Assembly: GCA_964474375.1 (NCBI GenBank)
Contig: CAYYSG010000003.1
Span: 1 to 53,288, forward strand
Direction of reading: 5' to 3'
Source: an uncultured Candidatus Saccharibacteria bacterium
GTDB lineage: Bacteria > Patescibacteriota > Minisyncoccia > Phycocordibacterales > UBA9973
DNA length: 53,288 nucleotides
A program made the translations under genes and the position numbers. Shown here one piece after another: positions 7,924 to 16,856 of this stretch; within the stretch, counting starts at the first letter, position 1; each line of letters starts with the position of its first letter. The notes beneath the pieces were generated by a model. It was not told the DNA's origin. It made no database searches and saw nothing but the letters and a program-made list of their open reading frames with translations.

Positions 7924-10305
7924 ATGCCTGCTGAAATCAAGATAACGATCGTCGGGGTCGACCAGGCGTCCGGGGTCGCGGACGGGGTCGCCGGTTCGAT
8001 ACGCAAAATGGGGGACGCTGCCGGACAGGGCGGCGGGGGCTTTAACGCCCTGAAGGAAATCGCAATCGGGGCCCTTCGGGAAATCGGGACGGTCGCCGTC
8101 GACGTCGGCATGAAGGTCGGGGCGGCGGTCGTCGACTTTGCGAAGGATAGCGTCAACGCGGCGGGAACCTTCCAGTCCAGCGTCCAGGGCCTGTCCGCCG
8201 TCGCCGGGGATAGCCTAGCGAAGGCCGGGTTCAGCCTGGACGACGTATCGAAGAAGGCCCTTCAGTTAGGTAAGGATACCGCGTTCAGCGCCCAGGAAAG
8301 TATCGCGGCCATGACGGAACTGGCGAAGGGCGGCGTCCCTATTGCGGACGTTATGGGGGAAGCGACCGACGCCACACTAGCCCTTGCATCCGCGTCCGGC
8401 GAAGGGCTGGCCCAGTCAGCGGAAATTGTCGCAAAGCAGTTAGGCGTCTGGGCGGAAACAGGCGTCGACGCGACCCAGGTCACGGACCTGTTAGCATCCG
8501 CCGCGAACGCTTCGACGGTCGGGGTATCGGACCTGGCGCTGGGACTTGCGAACGCGGGCGGAACCGCGAAAACAGCGGGCGTATCGTACCAGGACCTGGT
8601 CCAGTCAATGGCCTTGATCGCCCCGAACTTCAGTAGCGCGTCCGACGCGGGGACCAGTTTCAAGACCTTCCTGTCCCGCATGATCCCGACGACGGATAGC
8701 GCAAAAGACGCCATGATCGCCCTGGGACTTGCGACCGAAGACGGGAAGTCGAAATTCTTCGACGCCCAGGGACAATTCATCGGCATGCACAATGCCGCCG
8801 CCCTGCTTCAGGAAGCGACGGCGGGCTTATCCGAAGAAGAAAAATTACTGGCGTTCAATACGATCTTCGGGAGTGACGCCATCCGGGCCGCCGCCGCGAT
8901 TGCGAACGGGGGCGCGGAAGGGTTCGACGCGATGGGTCAGGCAATGGCGGACAGCGGCGGGGCCGCCCAGGCCGCCGCGACCATGAACCAGGGGTATCAG
9001 TTCAGCCTGGAACAGCTTTCCGGCTCCGTGGAAACGCTTCAGATCATGCTGGGGACCGCCCTGCTTCCGGTCCTGACCCAGGTCGTCGACTTCTTTACAA
9101 CAGGCGTGAACCAGGTCATGACGTTCGCGGAAACATTCCTGAAACTGGTCCCCGAAGTCCAGAACGCGACGAACCCGCTTCAGGCGCTAGCCCAGGTGAT
9201 CGGCGTATCGCTGTCCAGCGTCGTTCCGGGAGCGGGGGCGCAAATTATCGCGCTGTCCGGGACCTTCGGTCAATTCTGGCCCGTGATACAACAGGGGATC
9301 GGCATTGTCCAGAACCTGGCATCCTGGTTCATGGCGAACCTTCCCGCCGCCCTTGCAATCGGGGGCGCGGCATTGACGACGCTCTGGGGTCTAGCCCAGA
9401 CGGCGTTCAATAACATCATGGCGGTCGTCAATGCGGTCATGCCGTCCATCCTGGCCCTGGTTCAGTCCGTGCTAGCACAAATGGCCGCCTTCTGGCAAGC
9501 GCACGGAGCGGAGATCATGGCCTTCGTCCAGACAACATGGGCGACGATCCAGAATATCATCGCGGTCGCCCTTCCGCTTATTTCCGGCATTATTGCCGGG
9601 ACGCTGGCCTTGATCGCCGGGTTCATCCAGGATCATGGGGCGCAAATTCAACAGATACTGGGCTATGCCTGGACCGCGATTAGTAGTCTCATCCAGGGGG
9701 CGCTGGCGCTCATCCAGGGTATCTTGACCGCCGCCCTTGCGATTATGCAGGGGAACTGGGAAGGGGCCTGGACGGCCATTCAGACCATGTCCGTAACCGT
9801 GACACAATCCCTATGGAACATTATTAAAGCGGCGCTGGACCTGATCGCCATGACCTTCGGAACGTCCGTCGACCAGATCGTCAGCATGTGGACAAATAAT
9901 TTTTCGAAGATAGCGACGGTCGTCGGGCCCTATATGCAACAGGCCCAGGACGCTATCACGCCTGTAATTGACGCGATCGTCGGGGCGTTCGGCTCCGTCG
10001 TTTCCGCGATCGAAGGGGCTATAACAGCGGTCGGGAATTTTATATCCGCCGCCGCGAAGATGGCGAATATCAGCATCCCCAGCATCCCAGGCGTCCCTGG
10101 GAAGGCGGTCGGGGGCCCCGTGTACGGCGGACAGGCGTACATGGTCGGGGAACAGGGTCCGGAACTGTTCGTCCCGGACCAGCCGGGGAACATTGTCCCA
10201 AACCATAGCGTATCGAATTACTACAATTACAGTCCGACCTATGGAAGCGCCCCGATGAACCCGTCCCAGGACTTCGCCCTTATGCAGACGCTAGCGGGGG
10301 TATAG
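7924..10305 (+). CDS. Tape measure protein (TP901 family)
   Basis: KKALQLGKDTAFSAQESIAAMTELAKGG core, amphipathic W-spaced repeats and a GKAVGGPVYGGQAYMVGEQGPELF C-terminus. Confidence 0.95.
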   Translation: MPAEIKITIVGVDQASGVADGVAGSIRKMGDAAGQGGGGFNALKEIAIGALREIGTVAVDVGMKVGAAVVDFAKDSVNAAGTFQSSVQGLSAVAGDSLAKAGFSLDDVSKKALQLGKDTAFSAQESIAAMTELAKGGVPIADVMGEATDATLALASASGEGLAQSAEIVAKQLGVWAETGVDATQVTDLLASAANASTVGVSDLALGLANAGGTAKTAGVSYQDLVQSMALIAPNFSSASDAGTSFKTFLSRMIPTTDSAKDAMIALGLATEDGKSKFFDAQGQFIGMHNAAALLQEATAGLSEEEKLLAFNTIFGSDAIRAAAAIANGGAEGFDAMGQAMADSGGAAQAAATMNQGYQFSLEQLSGSVETLQIMLGTALLPVLTQVVDFFTTGVNQVMTFAETFLKLVPEVQNATNPLQALAQVIGVSLSSVVPGAGAQIIALSGTFGQFWPVIQQGIGIVQNLASWFMANLPAALAIGGAALTTLWGLAQTAFNNIMAVVNAVMPSILALVQSVLAQMAAFWQAHGAEIMAFVQTTWATIQNIIAVALPLISGIIAGTLALIAGFIQDHGAQIQQILGYAWTAISSLIQGALALIQGILTAALAIMQGNWEGAWTAIQTMSVTVTQSLWNIIKAALDLIAMTFGTSVDQIVSMWTNNFSKIATVVGPYMQQAQDAITPVIDAIVGAFGSVVSAIEGAITAVGNFISAAAKMANISIPSIPGVPGKAVGGPVYGGQAYMVGEQGPELFVPDQPGNIVPNHSVSNYYNYSPTYGSAPMNPSQDFALMQTLAGV

Positions 10306-10306
10306 T

Positions 10307-12745
10307 ATGGCCTTCTGGTACATGGTCCTTCCGAAGGAAGGCACGAACTATCATCCGAACCCGTCCGCCGAACTGAACACGTCCGGATGGTCCGGGACCG
10401 GGGCCGGGGCGAACGTGAACCGTCAGGCCGGGACCAGCCGGTTCGGGGCCTGGGCGTTCGGCGGAACCCCGAACGGGGTCGCAACGGGCATCCAGGGCGG
10501 AACGGCGGTCCTTCCAGGGGCCGGGTCGTATACCTGGTCCGCCCAGGTCTTCGCGGGGTCCGGGTCCGTGTACAGTATCGGCATGAAGCTGACGGCGGCG
10601 GGCGGGGCGTTCGTCGGGTCGACGGTCGGGACCGGGAACGGGTCATGGCAACAGATTAGCCTGTCCTATGGGGACACGGTTCAGGCCGGGGATAGCGCGT
10701 CCGCCCTGTACCGGGCCTTCGCCGTCGTTCGGCGGACCGCTGGGAACGATCCCTTCTTCGTCGACGGGGTCCAGGTCGAACCCGGAACGTTCCAGACGAC
10801 CTATATTGACGGCGACCAGGACGGATGTTCCTGGGTCGCGGGACGGCATGCGTCCGCCAGTGTACGGTCGGGCACGGCCCGACAGGGCGGGACGATCGTC
10901 CCGCTGGCATCCCTGGGCATGACCATCCTGGAAATGGGGAATACGGGCATGCCGCCCGTGCTGAACACGGTCCAGGACTATACCGTCCTGGACGGGGCCG
11001 CCTTCCAGCGTCAACGCGCCGCCCTTCGCCCGTTCGCCCTGACAACGTTCATGCAAGGGACGACATGGCCGGAATTGCATGCCGTTCGGCGGGCCGTGAT
11101 TGACCAGATCAAGGTCAATCGGACCGTCAAGCCCCAGCCGGTCCGCTTCGCGTACACGGGACAGGGCGGGACGAAGTTCCTGGACGCCTATTACGACGGC
11201 GGGATGGACTATTCCGGGCGGAACGGTTTTACGGAAACGACCGCCATCCGGTTCATTGCCACCGATCCCATGTGGTATGACCCGACCGACCAGGGGACGG
11301 CCCTGACATCCCAGACGTCCCTGGGGTCCGTCGCGTATTTGCTGGAACGACAGACGAACGGGTCCTGGGGGCCCATGACCGGCGTATCGGGGAACGTATA
11401 CGCCCTGGCCGAACGGGACGGGACCGTCTTCGCCGGGGGGTCGTTCAGCGCAGCGGGCGGAACCCTGGGCGGAAATCATCTTGCCTTCTGGCATCCCGTC
11501 GTCCGGACCTGGGGAACGCTGAACGGGACCGTATCCGGGGGGAACGTCCGGGACCTGTCCTTCAGCCCAGACGGGACGCTGTTCGTCGCCGGGTCGTTCG
11601 CCGGGGTCGCCGGGACGGCGGGGGCCCGCTTCGCGGCCCTGTACCGGAACGGGGCCTGGGGGACACTCACGAACGGAACCCCGAACGACTATACGAACGC
11701 GGTTCTGTGGACCCCTGGGACAATCTTCTGGGGCGGGTCGTTCACGCAGGTCGCCGGAACGGCGGGCGTGTTCAAAGTCGCCACCCATAGTAATGGGCGC
11801 TGGGGGTCGGTCGTCGACACGTACGGCGGAACCCTGTACGGCGGCGGCGAAGTCTTCAGCATCCTTCGGGGCGGCGATCGGGGGATTTACTTCGCGGGGA
11901 ACGTCGGGAGCGTGTCCGGGGTCGCGGCGCGGGGGATGGTGTTTTACGGGACGAACCCGACCCTGACCGGCTTCGAAGGCAACACGTACGGGACCCTTCA
12001 GGGCGGCCTGACGTCCGGAACGGTCCGGGACCAGGTTCAACTGGACGACGGTCGAATTATTGTCGGGGGACAATTGACGCTGGCCGGGGGGAACGTCGCG
12101 TATGGGTTCGCGTTCTGGTCCGGAAACAACTGGACCAGTCAGTCCCGGACGAACATCCAGGCGTACGCCTTCGACATGTCGTCGGACGGGGCGGACGGCC
12201 TTCTGGGACAGTTCCAGAACTTCACCCTGACGGACGTATACCAGTTTACCCCCAGGGTCCAGAACGGATACGTCCTTCCATCGGAAATTCAGTTCGTCAA
12301 CGGGTCGAACCTTCGCCCGGACCATATCCTTCGGACCAGTGACGGACGCTGGATCGTCGGGGGCTATTTCGACGGAACCGCGACGGTCCCGGCCCTGTCC
12401 TATGTTGTGAACCAGTCCAGCCATGACGGGTATCCGGTCGTCCGGGTCAAAAACACGGGCGGAACGACCGCGTACCTTCGTCAACTGCTGAACGTGACGA
12501 CCGGGGACGGGCTGTTCTTCGAACAGGGTATCGAACCAGGCGAAACATGGACGATCGACCTTCGTCAGGGGCGGAAGTCGGTTCAGAGCGACTTCCAGGG
12601 GAACTTGATCGGGGCCGTCCTTCCGGGGTCGAAATTTACGAACTGGCGCTTGACCCCCGGAACGAATACAATTAGCGTTCTGTCGACCCCCGGAACTGTG
12701 GAAGTGTCCATGTCCTGGAAGGGTCGGCACTGGTCCGCCGATTAG
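10307..12745 (+). CDS. Evolved distal tail (Dit-like) protein with a carbohydrate-binding N-terminal domain and beta-propeller insert
   Basis: Directly after the tape measure gene. NPSAELNTSGW CBM-like start, RFIATDPMWYD Dit motif, repeated FAGGSF..AGG blades and an LTPGTNTI C-terminus. Confidence 0.75.
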   Translation: MAFWYMVLPKEGTNYHPNPSAELNTSGWSGTGAGANVNRQAGTSRFGAWAFGGTPNGVATGIQGGTAVLPGAGSYTWSAQVFAGSGSVYSIGMKLTAAGGAFVGSTVGTGNGSWQQISLSYGDTVQAGDSASALYRAFAVVRRTAGNDPFFVDGVQVEPGTFQTTYIDGDQDGCSWVAGRHASASVRSGTARQGGTIVPLASLGMTILEMGNTGMPPVLNTVQDYTVLDGAAFQRQRAALRPFALTTFMQGTTWPELHAVRRAVIDQIKVNRTVKPQPVRFAYTGQGGTKFLDAYYDGGMDYSGRNGFTETTAIRFIATDPMWYDPTDQGTALTSQTSLGSVAYLLERQTNGSWGPMTGVSGNVYALAERDGTVFAGGSFSAAGGTLGGNHLAFWHPVVRTWGTLNGTVSGGNVRDLSFSPDGTLFVAGSFAGVAGTAGARFAALYRNGAWGTLTNGTPNDYTNAVLWTPGTIFWGGSFTQVAGTAGVFKVATHSNGRWGSVVDTYGGTLYGGGEVFSILRGGDRGIYFAGNVGSVSGVAARGMVFYGTNPTLTGFEGNTYGTLQGGLTSGTVRDQVQLDDGRIIVGGQLTLAGGNVAYGFAFWSGNNWTSQSRTNIQAYAFDMSSDGADGLLGQFQNFTLTDVYQFTPRVQNGYVLPSEIQFVNGSNLRPDHILRTSDGRWIVGGYFDGTATVPALSYVVNQSSHDGYPVVRVKNTGGTTAYLRQLLNVTTGDGLFFEQGIEPGETWTIDLRQGRKSVQSDFQGNLIGAVLPGSKFTNWRLTPGTNTISVLSTPGTVEVSMSWKGRHWSAD

Positions 12746-12758
12746 AAGGAGGGAACCC

Positions 12759-13127
12759 ATGCGAACCCTGTCCATCATCCTGGGAACGATCGTCGTCGCC
12801 GCCGCGCTGCTTCTGGGCGTCCAGACGCCCGCCCGCGCATCCGGCCCGCTGGACTGTTCGACGTATACGCCCGACCAGGCCCGCCCCCAGTTAGTGATCA
12901 GCGAACACATGACCCGCTCCCAGCTTGCCACGTCCGAACAGACGGTCCAGGTCCGGGCCTGGGCGATCGGGGATACGGACTACGTCCTGTCCGATACGCT
13001 GTCCATGACCGGAACCCTGGTCGTTCCAGCGGGGGTCGACTTCGTTCAAGTGACCCCGTATAGCGGGACGTTCTCATTGTGTCCGCTGGCGTACACATCC
13101 GCCCTTCCAGTCGTGAGAACCCCATGA
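12759..13127 (+). CDS. Secreted protein with a signal peptide
   Basis: MRTLSIILGTIVVAAALLLGVQTPARA signal; C-terminus SALPVVRTP. Confidence 0.7.
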   Translation: MRTLSIILGTIVVAAALLLGVQTPARASGPLDCSTYTPDQARPQLVISEHMTRSQLATSEQTVQVRAWAIGDTDYVLSDTLSMTGTLVVPAGVDFVQVTPYSGTFSLCPLAYTSALPVVRTP

Positions 13128-14224
13128 ACCTGGACGTCACATTGTATACGCCCCAGGGCGTCCGTATGCTGGAACTGGACAACGTGACCCGCGTCAAGTA
13201 CGCACGGGCCGCGAACCAGATCGGACGCCTGGTCCTGGATGTCCCGTTCAGGGCGGACCTTCCCCGGTCCGCCCTTCGCCGTGACATGGGCGTCATCCTG
13301 GAACAGGATGGCGACCTGGTCCTGGACACGCGCTGGTTACTTCTGGGGGCAATGCTGAAGGACGCCCCCAGCGGACAGGTCATGTCCCTGACATGCGTCG
13401 ACGGGATCGATCTGCTTCGCCGCCGCATCATAGATTACGACGCGGGTTCATCCCAGGCCCAGAAGACGGGCTACCTTGACAACGTCCTGAAGGCCCTGGT
13501 CCGGGAGAATTTGGGGTCGTCCGCGTCGGACACGGACCGCCGTCTGTCGACCGGGGTCTTCCAGGTCCAGGCGGATGTATCCGGGTCGATCGCCATATCC
13601 GATACCATCTTCGTCCATCGGCGGAACCTGCTTCAGGCATGTCAGGATATAGCGAAGCGGGCCGCCCAGACGGGACAGTACCTGTCCTTCGACGTCGTCT
13701 GGACCGGAACAATGTACGAATTCCGGACGTATGCCGGATGGCGCGGGTCGGACCGACGCCAGTCCGGGGTCAATCCCATCACGCTATCCCTGGGGAACGG
13801 GTCCCTATCGGAAATTACGGAAGACACCGACTGGGAGCCCGAAGTGTCCCGCATGGTCGTCACGGCATCCGGAGCCCCGAACGTGGAAACGGTCGTCCGG
13901 GTTACGTCGACGTCCAGGGCGTCCCAGTCCCCGTTCAGCTATACGGAAGACACGATCAATGCATCCTACGGGTCGACCGGGGACAGTTCCTGGGCGACGA
14001 CGTTAGGCTATATGGGCCTTCGGGACCGCCGCGCCCGTCAGGTCTATACGGCGAAGGCGAACCCGGACGCGGTCGGGTTCCAGTATGGGGTCCAGTACCA
14101 GTACGGGGACGTCATCCCGGTCGAAGCGTTCGGACAGATCGTCGACTGTCGCCTGGACGCGGTCAACGTCGAATGGAAGGGCGGAGCCCAGACCGTCGAC
14201 CTGGTCCTTCGGAGTGTCACATGA
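13124..14224 (+). CDS. Tail hub/Tal-like minor tail protein (ReqiPepy6 Gp37-like)
   Basis: KYARAANQIGRLVL, GIDLLRRRI, YRGSDRR-like motif, NGSLSEI and QYGVQYQYGDVI. ATGA overlaps at both ends. Confidence 0.8.
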   Translation: MNLDVTLYTPQGVRMLELDNVTRVKYARAANQIGRLVLDVPFRADLPRSALRRDMGVILEQDGDLVLDTRWLLLGAMLKDAPSGQVMSLTCVDGIDLLRRRIIDYDAGSSQAQKTGYLDNVLKALVRENLGSSASDTDRRLSTGVFQVQADVSGSIAISDTIFVHRRNLLQACQDIAKRAAQTGQYLSFDVVWTGTMYEFRTYAGWRGSDRRQSGVNPITLSLGNGSLSEITEDTDWEPEVSRMVVTASGAPNVETVVRVTSTSRASQSPFSYTEDTINASYGSTGDSSWATTLGYMGLRDRRARQVYTAKANPDAVGFQYGVQYQYGDVIPVEAFGQIVDCRLDAVNVEWKGGAQTVDLVLRSVT

Positions 14225-14724
14225 GCATGGATGTTATCCGCCGTCTTCAGGCGATCGAAGCGATCCTGGACCGACTGATACGGGGGAACCGCCCGCCGCG
14301 TTACGGATGCGCGGTCTATAAAAGCTCCAACACGTCAATAGCGACCGGCTCCGCGACGGTCCTGACGTTCGATACGGTCCTGTATGATGATGCGTCCATG
14401 TGGAGCGGCGCGAACCCGGCCCGTATCACGGTTCCAGCGGCGGGGCGCTATATGATCGGGGTCAATCTGTCAATGGATGCCAGCGCAACCGGCGACCGCC
14501 AGGTCTATATTGAGAAGAACGGGACGACCGTTATCATGGCGAAGCTGGACCGGGCCCCTGGAACGTTCGGATGGCAAGCGACCCCGTCGAAGGTCGTCCA
14601 GCTTGCGGCGACCGACTATATCCGGGCCGTCGTGACCCAGACGTCCGGGGGGGCGCTGAACGTCAACGCGGACGGCGGGGACGGGTATCAGCAGTCGCTA
14701 TGGGTCGAACGTGTATCGGACTAA
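14221..14724 (+). CDS. Short tail fibre/receptor-binding protein with a C1q/TNF-like domain
   Basis: Coiled N-terminus followed by TVLTFDTVLYD...RITVPAAGRYMI...VQLAATDYI. Confidence 0.7.
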   Translation: MSMDVIRRLQAIEAILDRLIRGNRPPRYGCAVYKSSNTSIATGSATVLTFDTVLYDDASMWSGANPARITVPAAGRYMIGVNLSMDASATGDRQVYIEKNGTTVIMAKLDRAPGTFGWQATPSKVVQLAATDYIRAVVTQTSGGALNVNADGGDGYQQSLWVERVSD

Positions 14725-14727
14725 AGC

Positions 14728-15105
14728 ATGAAACAACAAATATGGGTCCTGGGCGCGTTGTGCGCCATTCTGGGGGCCGCTGGCCTGTTCGCGCAAGGGT
14801 CTAGCCCGCTGGTCGCGTCCTGGACGTCCGACCGGGTCTTGACCGTGGCCTGGACGGCGACGGTCCCCGCATGCCTGTACCTGGACCAGGTCCGGGTCGA
14901 CGCGCCATGCGGGATACACGGAGCCGCCGAACTGGTCCTGGGCGGACAGGACGTTCAGTATACGCCCTATGCGGGCCGAACGCTCCGCCTGGTCCAGAAC
15001 GGGACCCAGGCCGTCCTGGGAACCCTTCCGGTCCCGTACCACGAACCGACCCCGACGACCGGGCGGTCCGGTCGACAGATACTTCCGATCATCCAGACGC
15101 CATAA
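14728..15105 (+). CDS. Secreted protein with a signal peptide
   Basis: Hydrophobic N-terminus MKQQIWVLGALCAILGAAGLFA; C-terminus QILPIIQTP. Confidence 0.7.
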   Translation: MKQQIWVLGALCAILGAAGLFAQGSSPLVASWTSDRVLTVAWTATVPACLYLDQVRVDAPCGIHGAAELVLGGQDVQYTPYAGRTLRLVQNGTQAVLGTLPVPYHEPTPTTGRSGRQILPIIQTP

Positions 15106-15107
15106 CA

Positions 15108-15153
15108 AAACGGGACCCGCTTTGATCGTGCCCTATCTAGGCGTGTCCCGTTT
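15108..15153. terminator. Stem-loop at the end of the late arm
   Basis: AAACGGGAC...GTCCCGTTT inverted repeat right after the 15105 stop. Confidence 0.45.
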
Positions 15154-15229
15154 CACTTTACACATAGCGATCATTCTCGCTACGCGCTGTTCTGGGCCCA
15201 CACGGGTCCAGGCGTTCAGTATAACAGAA

Positions 15230-15260
15230 GAACCCCCAGGAATACCAGTCCTGGGGGTTC
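15230..15260. terminator. Stem-loop between the convergent arms
   Basis: 12-bp perfect stem GAACCCCCAGGA/TCCTGGGGGTTC with a 7-nt loop. Confidence 0.55.
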
Positions 15261-15311
15261 CGTTCGTCCTGGGGCCGCCTGTCGCGTCCTGGGACCTGTT
15301 TTTAGTGAAGT

Positions 15312-16040
15312 TCAGTGGGGGGCGTATGTGGACATGGGGCGGAGCGTGTACACGTTGACGACCTGGACGTCATAGTCCGGGAATGCCGCCGCATGCTGAT
15401 GGGCCCAGTTCTGGGCGACCAGAGCGAAGCCGAACGTCCGGGCCTGGTCCGGGTCGTTCGTCCAGTACGTCGCCGCCCCCCATGCGTCCTTCAGGTACAT
15501 GACTTCGCCGTTGACCGTCGACCGGATGATCCAGCGCTTGTTCGCGGCCCGCAAGGCCGGGGAAACGTTCGGGACCTTCGGGGCATCCGCTTCCTTCAGG
15601 ACCTGGGGCTTCGTGTTCGGGAACAGGTCATGGGCCGCGTTCCCGGCCCGGAAGGCATCCCCGTACACGTCCCAGCGGGTCGCGTCTTCCAGGCCGGGAG
15701 CCCAGACCAGTTCCCCGTCCAGGTCGCGGACGACTAGGAACCAGTTCCCGTCGTCCCGAACGTCCAGGATGACGTACGGGCCCATGAAGCCCCCGTTCCG
15801 ATTGTACAGGGACTGGGTCGTTCCGGGAAGGAAGTAAACCGGGGGCGGTCCGTCTTCCCCCCGGACCGCCAGGACGCGGGACTGGTCCATCAGGGCCGCC
15901 AGCACGGACCAGGCCCAGATCGGGTCCTTCTGGGCGCGAAGCAGGTCGACCATGTCGGGTTCCGGCATGGTCCGGACCTGGGCGATCGCGGAAATCAGAA
16001 CGGCGGACAGGTCGATCGCGGCGGGCGTGTTGAGTGTCAT
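15312..16040 (-). CDS. Hypothetical early protein with two copies of a small W...YWT.D.D.A..F module
   Basis: Start reassigned to the ATG at 16040, preceded by the GGAAGGA-GAACCC initiation signature. Confidence 0.7.
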   Translation of the reverse strand: MTLNTPAAIDLSAVLISAIAQVRTMPEPDMVDLLRAQKDPIWAWSVLAALMDQSRVLAVRGEDGPPPVYFLPGTTQSLYNRNGGFMGPYVILDVRDDGNWFLVVRDLDGELVWAPGLEDATRWDVYGDAFRAGNAAHDLFPNTKPQVLKEADAPKVPNVSPALRAANKRWIIRSTVNGEVMYLKDAWGAATYWTNDPDQARTFGFALVAQNWAHQHAAAFPDYDVQVVNVYTLRPMSTYAPH

Positions 16041-16104
16041 GGGTTCAGTCCTTCCTTCAGAAGATAGCGGCGGGCCTGGGGACAGCCCCCAGGCCCGAAG
16101 AAGA

Positions 16105-16707
16105 TTACATCCAGACCATTTCCATGTTTTTGACCGTGAACCAGCGGCGGTCCAGGTCGTCCAGAGCGATCGACGCGATACCCTTGACCTTGAACCGTGT
16201 CCCGGCATCCGCTTCCGTCGTCCAGTAATCAGCCCCCCGGTTCGCTTTGTGGAAGAAGACCCGGTCGCCGTCCAGTTCGCCCTGGATGACCCAGCGGCCC
16301 AGGCCCCGCGCTTCCAGTTCGGCCTGGATGCTTCGCCGCATTGACCAGCGGACGTCCGCCGTATAGTCCGACGCTTCCAGGGTCTTCAATTCGTCGACCA
16401 GAACGTCGTCCGCCCAGGCGCGAACCTTCAGCGTGTAGCCCTGAAGCTCCGGAGCGACGGCGGTCCAGGCGATCATCCCGTATTCATAGGCCGGAAGATT
16501 GACGCGGAAGCCGTCCTGGTTCGTGTGGACCTTCGGTTCGCGGGCGGTCCAGGCGTCGACGACCCGCTGGGCGGACGCTTCGCTGAACAGGACCAGGTCT
16601 TCGTTGTTGAGGTCGTTCGTCCATGTGTCGCGGCGGGTCAGGAACTTCGGGGCCGTGCTGTTAATATGCGTCCGGGTGATCAGGAACAGGCGTTCGGGAG
16701 CGTTCAT
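16105..16707 (-). CDS. Hypothetical early protein, partly paralogous to the downstream gene
   Basis: Initiation signature present; RWVIQGELDG...YWTTEADAGTRF module. Confidence 0.75.
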   Translation of the reverse strand: MNAPERLFLITRTHINSTAPKFLTRRDTWTNDLNNEDLVLFSEASAQRVVDAWTAREPKVHTNQDGFRVNLPAYEYGMIAWTAVAPELQGYTLKVRAWADDVLVDELKTLEASDYTADVRWSMRRSIQAELEARGLGRWVIQGELDGDRVFFHKANRGADYWTTEADAGTRFKVKGIASIALDDLDRRWFTVKNMEMVWM

Positions 16708-16760
16708 GGGTTCGTGTCCTTCCGGGACTGAAGGGCCGGAACGTCCGGCCCGCTGAAGTA

Positions 16761-16789
16761 AATATACACGGATATACGGATATTGTCAA
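16761..16789 (-). promoter_or_regulatory. Sigma70-type early promoter with operator
   Basis: TTGACA-17-TATATT on the - strand; ATATACGGATAT at 16772-16783 lies in the spacer. Confidence 0.8.
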
Positions 16790-16856
16790 GGGGTGAATTC
16801 TAGGTACGCGAAGACCCCGGACCGAAGGCCGGGGTCAATGCTCCGTCAGGGGCGTT

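Noticed and set aside
10643-12931. Long antisense ORFs (also 42268-43830, 22523-23557, 32846-34129 and many others in the track)
   Set aside because: These are shadow frames of real genes. High GC and codon bias remove stop codons from the opposite strand, and they have no initiation signature or recognisable motifs.
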